Source of the DNA: an uncultured Clostridia bacterium
GTDB lineage: Bacteria > Acidobacteriota > Aminicenantia > UBA2199
Reading direction: 5' to 3'
Assembly: GCA_964502145.1 (NCBI GenBank)
Contig: CAZCVI010000009.1
Location: forward strand, 73,438-137,437
DNA: 64,000 bases
Positions within the stretch are counted from its first letter, which is position 1. Each line of letters opens with the position of its first letter. This document shows positions 18,583 through 27,804 of the stretch, piece by piece. The notes below the pieces were generated by a model. The model did no database searches and had not been told where the DNA came from. It saw nothing but the letters and a program-made list of their open reading frames with translations. The translations under genes were made by a program, and so were the position numbers.

Positions 18583-20048
18583 GTCAAGTCATAACTTTTT
18601 ATTCTTTTAAAGGCGGTGTTGGTCGTACCATGGCGTTGGCTAACGTGGCAGTTCTATTGTCGCAATGGGGATATAAAACGTTAGTTGTTGACTGGGACCT
18701 GGAAGCACCTGGGCTGGAAAATTTCTTCAAAGAATATATCAATTTAGAAAAGATTTCCAAAAGAAAAGGCCTGATCGAATTGTTAAATCCCAAAGATGCA
18801 ACTGAAAAAAAATTTACCTGGAAGGACTTGCGGATTCCAGTATTCATTCCTGAAGGTCAGGAGCCCATTCACCTGCTCACTGCTGGCGACCGCAGCAACG
18901 GCTATTACGACAGAGTGAGAAATTTTGATATTGATCTGTTCTATAAAAAGCAGGACGGCGGGCAAAAGATTGAACAACTGCGGGAGGAATGGAAAGCAGA
19001 ATACGATTTCGTTCTGGTGGATAGCCGTACCGGTATTACCGACAATGGAGGTATTTGTACTATTCAACTCCCAGACATCCTTGTCTTGCTTTTTACCGCC
19101 ACGGACATAGGACTAAATGGGATATTGGATGTCGCTCAGCGGGCAGTTAAAGCCCAACAGTCACTCGCTTTCGAACGCTTTAAATTGCTAGCCCTGCCCG
19201 TTCCCACCCGCCTTGAAACCGCTCTTGAATTTAAACTATCGCAAGAGTGGATGAATAAATTTTCAAAAGAATTGGAGCCCCTCTATTATGATTGGCTACC
19301 AATCAATGTGGACCGTCTGCAATTCGTTGAATTAACTAAGATTCCTTCTGTTCCATATTTTAATTTCGGAGAAAAACTTCCGGTCATTGAACAGGGCGTC
19401 AACGATCCGGCTGGCCTGGGATATGCATACGAGACTATCACCGCCCTTCTGGCAAACAACTTCCAATCCATCCAAGACCTGATGAATAACCGTGATGCAT
19501 TCATCCATATGGCTGCCAGTAACCGGGGTACAATAATCAAAAGGAAATCCAATCCTAAAGTAACCAATCAACCAGTTAAAATTTTTATTTCCTATTCCCA
19601 TAAAGAAAAAGCGATTAAAAGTATACTGGAATATTATCTGGAAATACTTAAAACAAAAGGATTGGCCACCTTTTGGTCAGATGAAAAACTTTTGCCGGGT
19701 ATGAAGTGGTCTGAAGAGATTGAAAAGAATATCTCTGACTCCCAGGTTTTCTTAATTTTATTAAGTAAAAACTATCTCTCCCCTACCACTTCAGCGGAAT
19801 TGCAGCAAATAGAAAATTTTGGAAAACAAAAGAATATCCTGATAATTCCAATTGTACTCGACGATTCCACTTGGTATCAGGACACCTTTTTAAAAGATCG
19901 TTTTTCAATATGGATGGATTACGCGACAATAAATACCCATGTAAACTGGGAGGAGGCTCTTTTTGAAGTTGTTCAACAGATTGAAAAATCAATTCTTTTA
20001 TATCAACAACAAATCAATGAAACAAAACCTATAGGAGAAGTGAAATGA
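18579..20048 (+). CDS. Fusion protein: N-terminal MinD/ParA-like (SIMIBI) NTPase with a deviant Walker A, C-terminal TIR domain
   Basis: N-terminus FYSFKGGVGRTMALAN (P-loop Lys replaced by Arg), A' VVDWDLEAPGL, Walker B LVDSRTG. C-terminus VKIFISYSHKEK...FLILLSKNYLSPTTSAELQQ, typical of the bacterial TIR_2 family. ATGA overlap with the upstream TIR gene. Confidence 0.75.
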   Translation: MSQVITFYSFKGGVGRTMALANVAVLLSQWGYKTLVVDWDLEAPGLENFFKEYINLEKISKRKGLIELLNPKDATEKKFTWKDLRIPVFIPEGQEPIHLLTAGDRSNGYYDRVRNFDIDLFYKKQDGGQKIEQLREEWKAEYDFVLVDSRTGITDNGGICTIQLPDILVLLFTATDIGLNGILDVAQRAVKAQQSLAFERFKLLALPVPTRLETALEFKLSQEWMNKFSKELEPLYYDWLPINVDRLQFVELTKIPSVPYFNFGEKLPVIEQGVNDPAGLGYAYETITALLANNFQSIQDLMNNRDAFIHMAASNRGTIIKRKSNPKVTNQPVKIFISYSHKEKAIKSILEYYLEILKTKGLATFWSDEKLLPGMKWSEEIEKNISDSQVFLILLSKNYLSPTTSAELQQIENFGKQKNILIIPIVLDDSTWYQDTFLKDRFSIWMDYATINTHVNWEEALFEVVQQIEKSILLYQQQINETKPIGEVK

Positions 20049-21238
20049 TTGCTGAAATAAGCCAAGAAGATTTAAATGTATGGGCGGATTATATCCTGAA
20101 CCATTCTTTGGGGGGCATTAAACCGGATGATATCGTGATGCTTAAAGGGGAACATATCACCTGGCCATTAATGTCTATTTTGCAAGATAAAATTTTTGCC
20201 GCAGGCGCCATTGCCGATATCAACATGGTCGCACCGGATAATAATCGCGGCCAAGTGTGGGGCGCTTCCATTGCCAAACACGGCACGGTCGAACAAATCC
20301 ACCGGGTACCCGCTTGGCATGGGCAACGTTACAATGCTATGACCAAATATATCGAAATCCTGGGCGCAGAAAACCCAGCCCTCTTCGCCAACCTGCCCAG
20401 CGAAACATCCACGGAACTGGTCAAAGCAGATAACCCCTTCAAATCCATCCGTCTCTCCAAACCCTGGATTCTAACGCTCTACCCGACACAAGGTTTTGCC
20501 GACATGGAAGGGTTGTCGCTGGAAAAATACACGGATATCATTGTCAAAGCCTCTACTACAGACCACAAAGTGCTGGGAGAAATCGAGGAACCGCTGGCCC
20601 AACTGATGGAAAAAACCAAAAAGGTCCGCATTCTGACCCATTGTGCCAAAACAAACCGCAACCTGGAATTGGAAATGAATATCGCAACACGCAGGGTCAC
20701 CCGTTGCGTGGGCAAACGGAACTTCCCGGACGGCGAAATCTTCACCAGCCCTGATGCCAACTCGGTGAACGGTGAAATCTTCGTGGACCTGCCAGTTTTC
20801 TACAACGGCGTAACCATCCAGGGCATTTACCTGCATTTTAAAGACGGGGTTATTATCGAATACGATGCCCAAAAAGAAAATGAAACACTGGCCAAGATTA
20901 TCGAAACAGACGAGGGCTCACATCGGTTGGGTGAAGTCGCGCTGGGCATGAACAGTGGTTTACAAACAGCCCTGCAACACCCGCTTTTCGTGGAAAAAGT
21001 AGGCGGTACATTGCACATTGCTATTGGTGAAAGTTACCCGGAAAGTTATGTGGCGAATCCAGCATCAGAAGAAGGGAAAGCCCTGCTGGAGAAATACCAC
21101 CAGGAGGGTATCATCAATAAATCGTCGCAACACGTGGATATTGTCACCGATTTCAGACCCGGTGGCGCAGGAATCGCAGTCTACTTTGACGACACCCAAC
21201 TGGAAATAAAAGATAATATCTGGAGCATCCCCAAATAA
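20045..21238 (+). CDS. M29-family aminopeptidase (AmpS/PepS/aminopeptidase T-like)
   Basis: ETDEGSHRLGEVALG and GGTLHIAIGESY match the conserved M29 motifs (LDTDEGARRLGEVAL, HIAFG). ATGA overlap with the upstream gene. Confidence 0.85.
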   Translation: MIAEISQEDLNVWADYILNHSLGGIKPDDIVMLKGEHITWPLMSILQDKIFAAGAIADINMVAPDNNRGQVWGASIAKHGTVEQIHRVPAWHGQRYNAMTKYIEILGAENPALFANLPSETSTELVKADNPFKSIRLSKPWILTLYPTQGFADMEGLSLEKYTDIIVKASTTDHKVLGEIEEPLAQLMEKTKKVRILTHCAKTNRNLELEMNIATRRVTRCVGKRNFPDGEIFTSPDANSVNGEIFVDLPVFYNGVTIQGIYLHFKDGVIIEYDAQKENETLAKIIETDEGSHRLGEVALGMNSGLQTALQHPLFVEKVGGTLHIAIGESYPESYVANPASEEGKALLEKYHQEGIINKSSQHVDIVTDFRPGGAGIAVYFDDTQLEIKDNIWSIPK

Positions 21239-21295
21239 TAAAAAATCTTTGTAACTGTTCAGCCCATAGGTAATAGATGAAAGAAAGAAAAAGAT

Positions 21296-21383
21296 TTGCC
21301 CACGAATTACACGAATGATCACGAATTTATCGGAAAAAAAACGTTTATTTCCTTTTAATTCGTGACAATTCGTGGAATTCGGT
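21296..21383. repeat. Palindromic element built from CACGAATNN sub-repeats
   Basis: CCCACGAATTACACGAATGATCACGAATT, loop, AATTCGTGACAATTCGTGGAATTCGG. Confidence 0.6.
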
Positions 21384-21436
21384 TATGCCGGGTACAAAAC
21401 CCTGCCAATCTATCCAATTGTGAGGTATTGGAAATG

Positions 21437-21960
21437 TTAATTAGTCGTATGACATTTAGTCGCGCGCTGGCGTGTGCAAGAGACAGGTGACCAATCACGC
21501 GAAACACCGCGGTCAAGCAAGAAATCGCAAGGCGAGAGCGGATGGTATCCGCTCCACGACGAAGACGCGAGCCCTAACGCAAGTGAACTCATTACGGCCT
21601 CGTTACACGAACCGATGACGGTCAAGCTGCCGGATATGCTGAAACCTATCATTCATGGGGAAGAAACGATTAGATGCACCTGTGAAGTCATCCGGGGGAT
21701 TGGAGAGAGCGCGTGTCGAAAGATCGGCAACAGGTCCCGGGAGACCCGCCCCAGTGTATCAACGGAGAGGAATCCGTGATACAAGGGCACATGGGAATCA
21801 ATAACCATGTATCTTGCTGGCGGCGGGAGTCAGAGCGGTCCATAGTAGCGAAGAAGCGGGGTAATTCCCGTGGAGCCAAGGGACTGTACGTTAGTCATGT
21901 ATCCAACAAGAGAGTGAGAACCGCTTGAGCGAAAAACGCTTCACCACGGAAATAAATTTT
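21437..21960. other. GC-rich (~55% by eye) non-coding island carrying overlapping spurious ORFs on both strands; possible structured RNA or decayed mobile-element remnant
   Basis: Composition contrasts with its flanks. Four overlapping track ORFs on both strands have no recognisable protein features. The island sits immediately 5' of the decayed ATPase paralog and replaces that paralog's N-terminal half. Confidence 0.4.
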
Positions 21961-22553
21961 CACTGTCGAGATGGACACTATACCGTGAAGCCAAGCAGGA
22001 AAGTTAACGGAGGAGCAGATACTCCGATTTTTTTGACGTACCTGTGACCGAAGTGACCGCTTTTCTGAGCGCGCAACTGGCAGAAGGAAATCCTTTTTAT
22101 GTCAGTTCTATCTTATGTTCCCAATTCCCAGACAAAGATTTAACCACTTTGGAAGGATTGGTGCGCACCCTGGAATTTGAAACCTTAAACGATAACGGGG
22201 AGATCAAATCTACCTGGATGACTTATGTGAATTCGGCCTTCAACCAAGTTAACAATAAAATTTCCAAGAATATTGTGTTGTATTTATGTAAAAATAGAGA
22301 CCATGAGGTCACCCGCAAAGAGTTATTGGAAAAATTACATCTGGATATGACGGATGGCGAATTAGAGTTCAAACTCAAAGCTCTAATAAAAGCCGATATT
22401 ATCCTCCAAGGAGCGACCAACTACGATTACCACGGGAAGTGGAAGACTTCCTTCGTGAAAAAAGTATCGCCTATACGGAAGATGAACGCTGGTTGGAGCT
22501 TTAAAGGTTTTTTAACCACAGATTACACAGATTCAAATGATTTCCCAGATTAA
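21961..22553 (+). pseudogene. Decayed paralog of the Arch_ATPase/DUF234 gene at 48996-50756: N-terminal P-loop half missing, internal deletion, frameshifts
   Basis: RYSDFFDVPVTEVTAFLSAQLAEGNPFYVSSIL...LYLCKNRDHEVTRKELLEKLHLDMTDGELEFKLKALIKADII aligns with KYSGFFNVPVTEETAYLIAQMAEGSPFYISSIL...LYLCQNRDHEVTRQELLDNLALDMTDRELELKLKALVRADII of the intact gene. After NYDYHG the frame jumps to ...SIAYTEDERWLEL*, which matches the intact C-terminus GIAYSEDERWLEN*. Confidence 0.75.
22516..22552. repeat. Half-copy of the CACAGATTA repeat element
   Basis: CCACAGATTACACAGATTCAAATGATTTCCCAGATTA is nearly identical to the left arm of the palindrome at 50834-50933. Confidence 0.6.
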
Positions 22554-22612
22554 AAAGAAAAAAGTCGCTGTAACGAAATAACCCGATTATTTTTGATGGT
22601 ATTTCGTTACGC
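22550..22612 (-). terminator. Rho-independent terminator downstream of clpA
   Basis: Minus-strand hairpin GTAACGAAATA ... TATTTCGTTAC, followed on the minus strand by TTTTTTCTTTTT. Confidence 0.6.
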
Positions 22613-22672
22613 TCCCTTTGTCGATTTAATTCCGGGCGCAACTGTTCAATAGCAGTAATTGATCATAGTCCC

Positions 22673-24997
22673 CTATTTCTCCAAAACGTCTTTCTTCTTA
22701 CGTCCAACACGCTTTTCCTCATTTGTACTTTGTAGCGTTAAGGTGACGTCGTCACCTCTGATGTCTGCCAAAACTGCACCACCATTGATCAATTGTCCGA
22801 ACAGAACTTCATCCACGAACCACGTTTTGATTTTATCTTGCAACAGACGCGCGACTTCACGGGCACCGAAAAGTTTGGAGTATCCTTTTTGGGCTAACCA
22901 GAGATAACATTCATCCGTAACCGTTAGCGTCACCTTTTTATCTGCCAATTGCGTGGAGAAAAGATCGAGGTTTTTCTTGACAATAAGTTTCACATGGTCT
23001 TCGGTCAGTTGCCCAAAAGAAACGACCGCGTCCAAACGGTTGCGGAACTCGGGGGAGAAATGTTTTTCCACTGCTTCTAAAATTGCGCTGGTATCGGTAG
23101 AGCGTTCATCAAAACCAATCTGCGTTTTCCCCAGTTTGCGAGCACCGGCGTTGGAGGTCATGATAATAATCACGTTGCGGAAATCTGCTTTTTTGCCGGT
23201 GTTATCGGTGAGGGTCGCGTAATCCATGATTTGCAGGAGCGTGTTGAAAATGTCCGGGTGGGCTTTTTCAATTTCATCCAATAATAACACGGCATGGGGT
23301 GTCTTGCGAATGGATTCGGTTAATAATCCACCCTGCTCAAAACCAACATATCCGGGCGGGGAACCAATCAAACGGGCCACGGCATGTTTTTCCTGGTATT
23401 CAGACATATCAAAACGATGCAACGGAATACCCAGGGTATTGGCGAGTTGGCGCGTTAATTCTGTTTTACCTACACCGGTGGGACCGACAAAAAGAAGCGA
23501 AGCCACCGGTTTATCTGGTTCTCTGAACCCGGCACGGGCACGTTTGATGGCCTGGGTTACCATTTCTATGGCCGGGTCTTGGCCGAAGATTTGTTTTTTT
23601 AGCTCCGATTCCAGTTTTTTCAGCTTGTGCGTCTCGTTTTCGGTCACGGTTTTTTCCGGGATACGGGCGATCTTGGAAACGACTTCCTCAATCCCTTTAC
23701 GTTTAATACTCACCCGCTTTTCCGAGTTGTCCGGGTGCTTCATACGAATCCAAGCGCCCGCCTCATCAATCACATCAATGGCTTTATCCGGCAAGTAGCG
23801 ATCATTGATGTATTTATTGGAAAGATCCACGGCGGCTTCCAGGGCACTTTCACTGTAAGACACATGGTGGAATTCCTCGAACTTTTCTTGCAGACCTTTG
23901 AGAATAGCGAGTGTTTCGGTGGGCGTGGGTTCGGGTATCTCGATCTTTTGGAACCGACGGGAGAGGGCACGATCTTTTTCAAAGAATTTTTTATATTCGT
24001 CATAGGTGGTGGAACCAATACACTGCATCTTGCCGCTGGAAAGGGCGGGTTTAAGGATATTGGAGGCATCCATGGAACCACCAGACACGGCACCCGCGCC
24101 TACCAAGTTATGGATTTCGTCGATAAATAAAATGGCTTTGTCTTCTTGCAGTATCTCGTTGAGCACGCGTTTCATGCGTTCTTCAAAATCGCCGCGATAT
24201 TTTGTACCGGCCAATAAACCACCCATGTCGAGTTGGTAGATTTTGGAACCTTTAAGTGGCAAGGGCACTTTATCCTGGGCGATCAAACGGGCCAGACCTT
24301 CGGTGATAGCTGTTTTGCCTACGCCCGGTTCGCCCACGTGGACCGGGTTGTTTTTAGTTCTGCGACAGAGTATTTGCATGGTTCGTTCGATGATATCTTC
24401 TCTGCCGATGATTGGATCGATTTCGTCGCGGGCTGCTTTCGCGGTTAGTTCGGTTGTGAACATGTCCAGGTACTTTCGTTTTGTTTTTTTATCTGCTTCC
24501 CGTTCACTTGATTCTGGTACGGTTTGTTGATCGCCTATGGCCCCGTTTTCCGGGTATCCGCCATCCGGGACCACCGAGATGCCGTGGGAGATGAAGTTCA
24601 GAATATTGAGGCGCGAGATGCCTTGTTGTTCTAAAAAAGTCACGGCAAATGATTCTTTTTCAAAGTAGATCGCGGCGTACATATCACCGATATCCAAGAC
24701 ATTTTTGCCTGCGGAAACAACGTGGAGCATGGCGTTTTCGACCACGTTTTGGAAACCTTCTGATTGAATGGGGTCTTTGCCGTTACTTTCCGGGATATAA
24801 CCTGCTTTAAAAAAGGTATCCAGCTCGATTTTCAAACCATTAGCATTGCCACCACACGCGGTGACAATTTTCGTGCCACCGCCGAAGAATAACGACGCAT
24901 AGAGGATATGTTCCGGTGTCACGTACTCGTGGGTCCGGGCCTTTGCCTCGTTGTAAGCGGCGGTGATTATATTATTAAGTTCTTCACTGATTTTCAT
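22673..24997 (-). CDS. clpA: ATP-dependent Clp protease ATP-binding subunit ClpA
   Basis: Clp N-domain plus two AAA+ modules (GEPGVGKT and GPTGVGKT Walker A motifs). Genomic context with clpS. Confidence 0.95.
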   Translation of the reverse strand: MKISEELNNIITAAYNEAKARTHEYVTPEHILYASLFFGGGTKIVTACGGNANGLKIELDTFFKAGYIPESNGKDPIQSEGFQNVVENAMLHVVSAGKNVLDIGDMYAAIYFEKESFAVTFLEQQGISRLNILNFISHGISVVPDGGYPENGAIGDQQTVPESSEREADKKTKRKYLDMFTTELTAKAARDEIDPIIGREDIIERTMQILCRRTKNNPVHVGEPGVGKTAITEGLARLIAQDKVPLPLKGSKIYQLDMGGLLAGTKYRGDFEERMKRVLNEILQEDKAILFIDEIHNLVGAGAVSGGSMDASNILKPALSSGKMQCIGSTTYDEYKKFFEKDRALSRRFQKIEIPEPTPTETLAILKGLQEKFEEFHHVSYSESALEAAVDLSNKYINDRYLPDKAIDVIDEAGAWIRMKHPDNSEKRVSIKRKGIEEVVSKIARIPEKTVTENETHKLKKLESELKKQIFGQDPAIEMVTQAIKRARAGFREPDKPVASLLFVGPTGVGKTELTRQLANTLGIPLHRFDMSEYQEKHAVARLIGSPPGYVGFEQGGLLTESIRKTPHAVLLLDEIEKAHPDIFNTLLQIMDYATLTDNTGKKADFRNVIIIMTSNAGARKLGKTQIGFDERSTDTSAILEAVEKHFSPEFRNRLDAVVSFGQLTEDHVKLIVKKNLDLFSTQLADKKVTLTVTDECYLWLAQKGYSKLFGAREVARLLQDKIKTWFVDEVLFGQLINGGAVLADIRGDDVTLTLQSTNEEKRVGRKKKDVLEK

Positions 24998-25004
24998 GTT
25001 GTTT

Positions 25005-25325
25005 TTATGCTTCCTCGTAGCCGCAACGTAGCGGAAAACCCTCTTTTTGTGCCTCGAAATGCACTTGTTTTACTTTGGTGACCGCGATATCGTAGGAATA
25101 AATACCGCAGACCCCCTTCCCATTTTTATGGACATCCAGCATGATCTTGGTGGCTTCAGCCGCCGGTTTGTTGAAGATGGACATCAATACTTGAACCACA
25201 AATTCCATAGAGGTATAGTCGTCGTTGAAAATAATTACCACGAACATGCTTGGCTTCCTGACTTTTAAATCGGGGGCAAGTTTCACCTCGCCGGGTTCGG
25301 CTACATCATAACTTCCCGTCCCCAT
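25005..25325 (-). CDS. clpS: ATP-dependent Clp protease adaptor ClpS
   Basis: VVIIFNDDYTSMEFVVQVLMSIFNK core motif. Sits immediately upstream of clpA. Confidence 0.9.
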   Translation of the reverse strand: MGTGSYDVAEPGEVKLAPDLKVRKPSMFVVIIFNDDYTSMEFVVQVLMSIFNKPAAEATKIMLDVHKNGKGVCGIYSYDIAVTKVKQVHFEAQKEGFPLRCGYEEA

Positions 25326-25536
25326 GTTTGACCTCCATACGTTAATAAAAAATTATAACACTTATAAGAATAGTTGTCAAAACTGAATTTTTCAACTAAA
25401 AAATTTAGGAACTGGTCAGGTCTCGGACGAAAGGTGCTGAAGCGCTTGGCTCGAAAGCCAAAAATGTTTTGCAAAAAGAAATGAAAGGAGACTGATGGGT
25501 TATAAAAGAGGTCTTAAAAAGGGACAAGTTTTTTTT

Positions 25537-25812
25537 CTATTTGGAAGCGATCTTGGTGCCGCCATAAGCCAAGAACGAAAGGGCCAAGGTCTTAAACACG
25601 GTCTTGAGGGTGAATAAAATATCTTCCGCTAGATACTCTTCGAACATGTAGACATAGTCAGCGAGGAAAAATAAAACAACGGTGACCAAGATGATTTTGA
25701 TCACTTCCCCGATTCTGCCACCAGAGTATTTTTTTCGCGCTTTATTAAAGGAAATAAGTATCAAAACATAGATAAAAAGAGAGAATATCAATACGATAAT
25801 GCGGGGCGCCAT
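25537..25812 (-). CDS. Small hypothetical membrane protein with two TM helices
   Basis: 91-aa ORF with two hydrophobic helices, in an intergenic gap. No homology recognised. Confidence 0.35.
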   Translation of the reverse strand: MAPRIIVLIFSLFIYVLILISFNKARKKYSGGRIGEVIKIILVTVVLFFLADYVYMFEEYLAEDILFTLKTVFKTLALSFLAYGGTKIASK

Positions 25813-25829
25813 GCTCCACCTCCTTGGTG

Positions 25830-27191
25830 TTAACGGGTATCCCAGGCACGCATGCCTTTTTTATCAATAAGATAGAGAATATGATCGGGTACTTGGGGTT
25901 GGTCGGGAACAAACGAAATGGCAGACAACAAGCGATGTTTGGCAGCTTCAATGCGGTCTGGATAGTTGGTGTGAATGGTGAGTAACACCTCGCCTTTTTG
26001 AGTGAATTCACCGACTTTCTTGTGAAATACAAATCCAGCACTGTGGTCGATCACATCTTCTTTCTTCCGTCTGCCAGCACCGATATCAATGGCAGCCATG
26101 CCAACTTCAAACGCATCCATTTTCAAGATAAAACCAGAAGTCTCAGCAATCAGCGGCACTTGGTGTTTGCTTTGGGGTAACAACGAATAATCGTCACATA
26201 TGGACGGGTCACCGTTTTGAGCGGCGATAAATTTTCTGAAAATATCCAGGGGAGTGCCAGATTCGAGTGTTTCTTCCAATTGTTCTTGAGCATGGTAAAA
26301 ATCATTGGCCACACCTGCCGCAACCAACATGGCGGCACCGAGCGCAAAAGTCACGGCCATGACATCCTCAGGGCCATTTCCTTTTAAGGCTTCAATGGAT
26401 TCTATTATTTCCAGGGAATTACCCACTGCTTGACCGAGGGGTTGGTCCATGTTGGTGATTAGGCCGATAGTAGTGCGTTCGGCTTTTTCACCGATAGCGA
26501 CCATGGTACGGCCCAACTCTATGGAATCTTCGAGCCGTTTCATAAAGGCACCACTACCAGTTTTAATATCTAATACAATGCCATCAGTGCCCAGAGCGAG
26601 TTTCTTACTCATGATACTGGCGGCAATCAGGGGGATGCTGGTCACTGTGGCGGTTGTGTCGCGGAGGGCATAGAGTTTCCGATCTGCGGGAACGATGTTT
26701 TCGGTTTGCCCACCAATCACCATGCCCACATCGGCCAGGACATTTTTGAATGCCTGGGTGTGCAAGAACACGTTGAAGCCGGGGATAGATTCGAGTTTAT
26801 CCAAGGTGCCGCCAGTATGGCCCAAAGACCGACCGGAAAGCATGGGCACATGAACACCGCACGCGGCTACAAGAGGCGCGACAATAAAGCTGATCTTATC
26901 ACCAACGCCACCAGTACTGTGTTTGTCTATCTTTTTTCCAGCACTGCCATCAAGGCTGATTAAATCCCCGGACAACATCATCAAGCGGGTCAAATCAGCC
27001 AACTCGCGATAATCAAGACCACGGATATAAATGGCCATCAATAATGCGGCGGCTTGATAATCAGGAATATCGCCGGAGACATACCGACTTATAAAAAATT
27101 CAAGTTCGGCAGAACTTAATATATGACCATCCCGCTTCTTAGAAATAATCTCATACATGCTAAAATCATTGTTTTTTGTGTTATTGCTCAT
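25830..27191 (-). CDS. deoA: Thymidine / pyrimidine-nucleoside phosphorylase
   Basis: HSTGGVGDKISF phosphate-binding motif and family-typical N-terminal region. Confidence 0.9.
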   Translation of the reverse strand: MSNNTKNNDFSMYEIISKKRDGHILSSAELEFFISRYVSGDIPDYQAAALLMAIYIRGLDYRELADLTRLMMLSGDLISLDGSAGKKIDKHSTGGVGDKISFIVAPLVAACGVHVPMLSGRSLGHTGGTLDKLESIPGFNVFLHTQAFKNVLADVGMVIGGQTENIVPADRKLYALRDTTATVTSIPLIAASIMSKKLALGTDGIVLDIKTGSGAFMKRLEDSIELGRTMVAIGEKAERTTIGLITNMDQPLGQAVGNSLEIIESIEALKGNGPEDVMAVTFALGAAMLVAAGVANDFYHAQEQLEETLESGTPLDIFRKFIAAQNGDPSICDDYSLLPQSKHQVPLIAETSGFILKMDAFEVGMAAIDIGAGRRKKEDVIDHSAGFVFHKKVGEFTQKGEVLLTIHTNYPDRIEAAKHRLLSAISFVPDQPQVPDHILYLIDKKGMRAWDTR

Positions 27192-27268
27192 TCTTCTTCC
27201 CTAACGGTTATTTCTTATGCGCTGAGTTCTGGTGGATTTTTACGAAAACTGACGCGATCATTTTTCAA

Positions 27269-27670
27269 TCACTTTTTGATATCCAGAAAAAAAGCAAAGG
27301 GTATTAACTCGCCCACGGTGGTTTTTTGCCAAGTCCCCTGCTGGTTGCACATGTAGACGGGGGTTTCCTGGCTTGAAAATTCAGCGATTACTTGCCGACA
27401 TGCACCGCAAGGGGGTAAAAATTCCGGGGTATCACCAATCACCAGTATTTCGGCGATCTGTTGTTCTCCCTCGCTGACCATCTTAAAAATAGCGGTGCGT
27501 TCAGCACAGTTGGTCAAGCCATACGAGGTATTTTCGACATTGCACCCGGAAAAAATCTTCCCGGAACTGGTTCTGATAGCTGCGCCGACGTGAAAGTGGG
27601 AATAGGGGGCATATGCTCTATCTTTGGCCGCTTTGGCCGCGTTCAATAATTGCTCGATTGCTGCGCTCAT
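27269..27670 (-). CDS. cdd: Cytidine deaminase
   Basis: Zinc-binding motifs CAERTAI and PCGACRQ. Confidence 0.9.
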   Translation of the reverse strand: MSAAIEQLLNAAKAAKDRAYAPYSHFHVGAAIRTSSGKIFSGCNVENTSYGLTNCAERTAIFKMVSEGEQQIAEILVIGDTPEFLPPCGACRQVIAEFSSQETPVYMCNQQGTWQKTTVGELIPFAFFLDIKK

Positions 27671-27761
27671 TTTATTTTACCTTCCATTTATAATTCTAAA
27701 GAACTGCAAAAAATAAGTCAAGACTTCTTAAGAAGAATATTAAACCCCAAAATTTCCCGAA

Positions 27762-27801
27762 GGGGTGGGCACGAGGCAGCCCCACCCCGACACCTTTTTT
27801 T
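27762..27801. terminator. GC-rich hairpin with flanking T-runs; likely a (bidirectional) intrinsic terminator
   Basis: GGGGTGGGC...GCCCCACCCC followed by T7 on the plus strand and AAATTTT on the minus strand. Located just after the stop of the 27805-30453 minus-strand gene. Confidence 0.5.
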
Positions 27802-27804
27802 ATA

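Noticed and set aside
21437-21960. RNase P RNA, tmRNA, SRP RNA or an intact group II intron in the GC-rich island
   Set aside because: None of the P4 motifs (GGAAAGTCCGGGC / ACAGAACCCGGCTTA), the tmRNA 3' end or a recognisable group II domain V could be found by eye. Left as an unclassified structured or foreign segment.
23226-24530. Multiple plus-strand ORFs (71-190 aa) across the clpA region
   Set aside because: All are antisense to clpA, whose identity is unambiguous.
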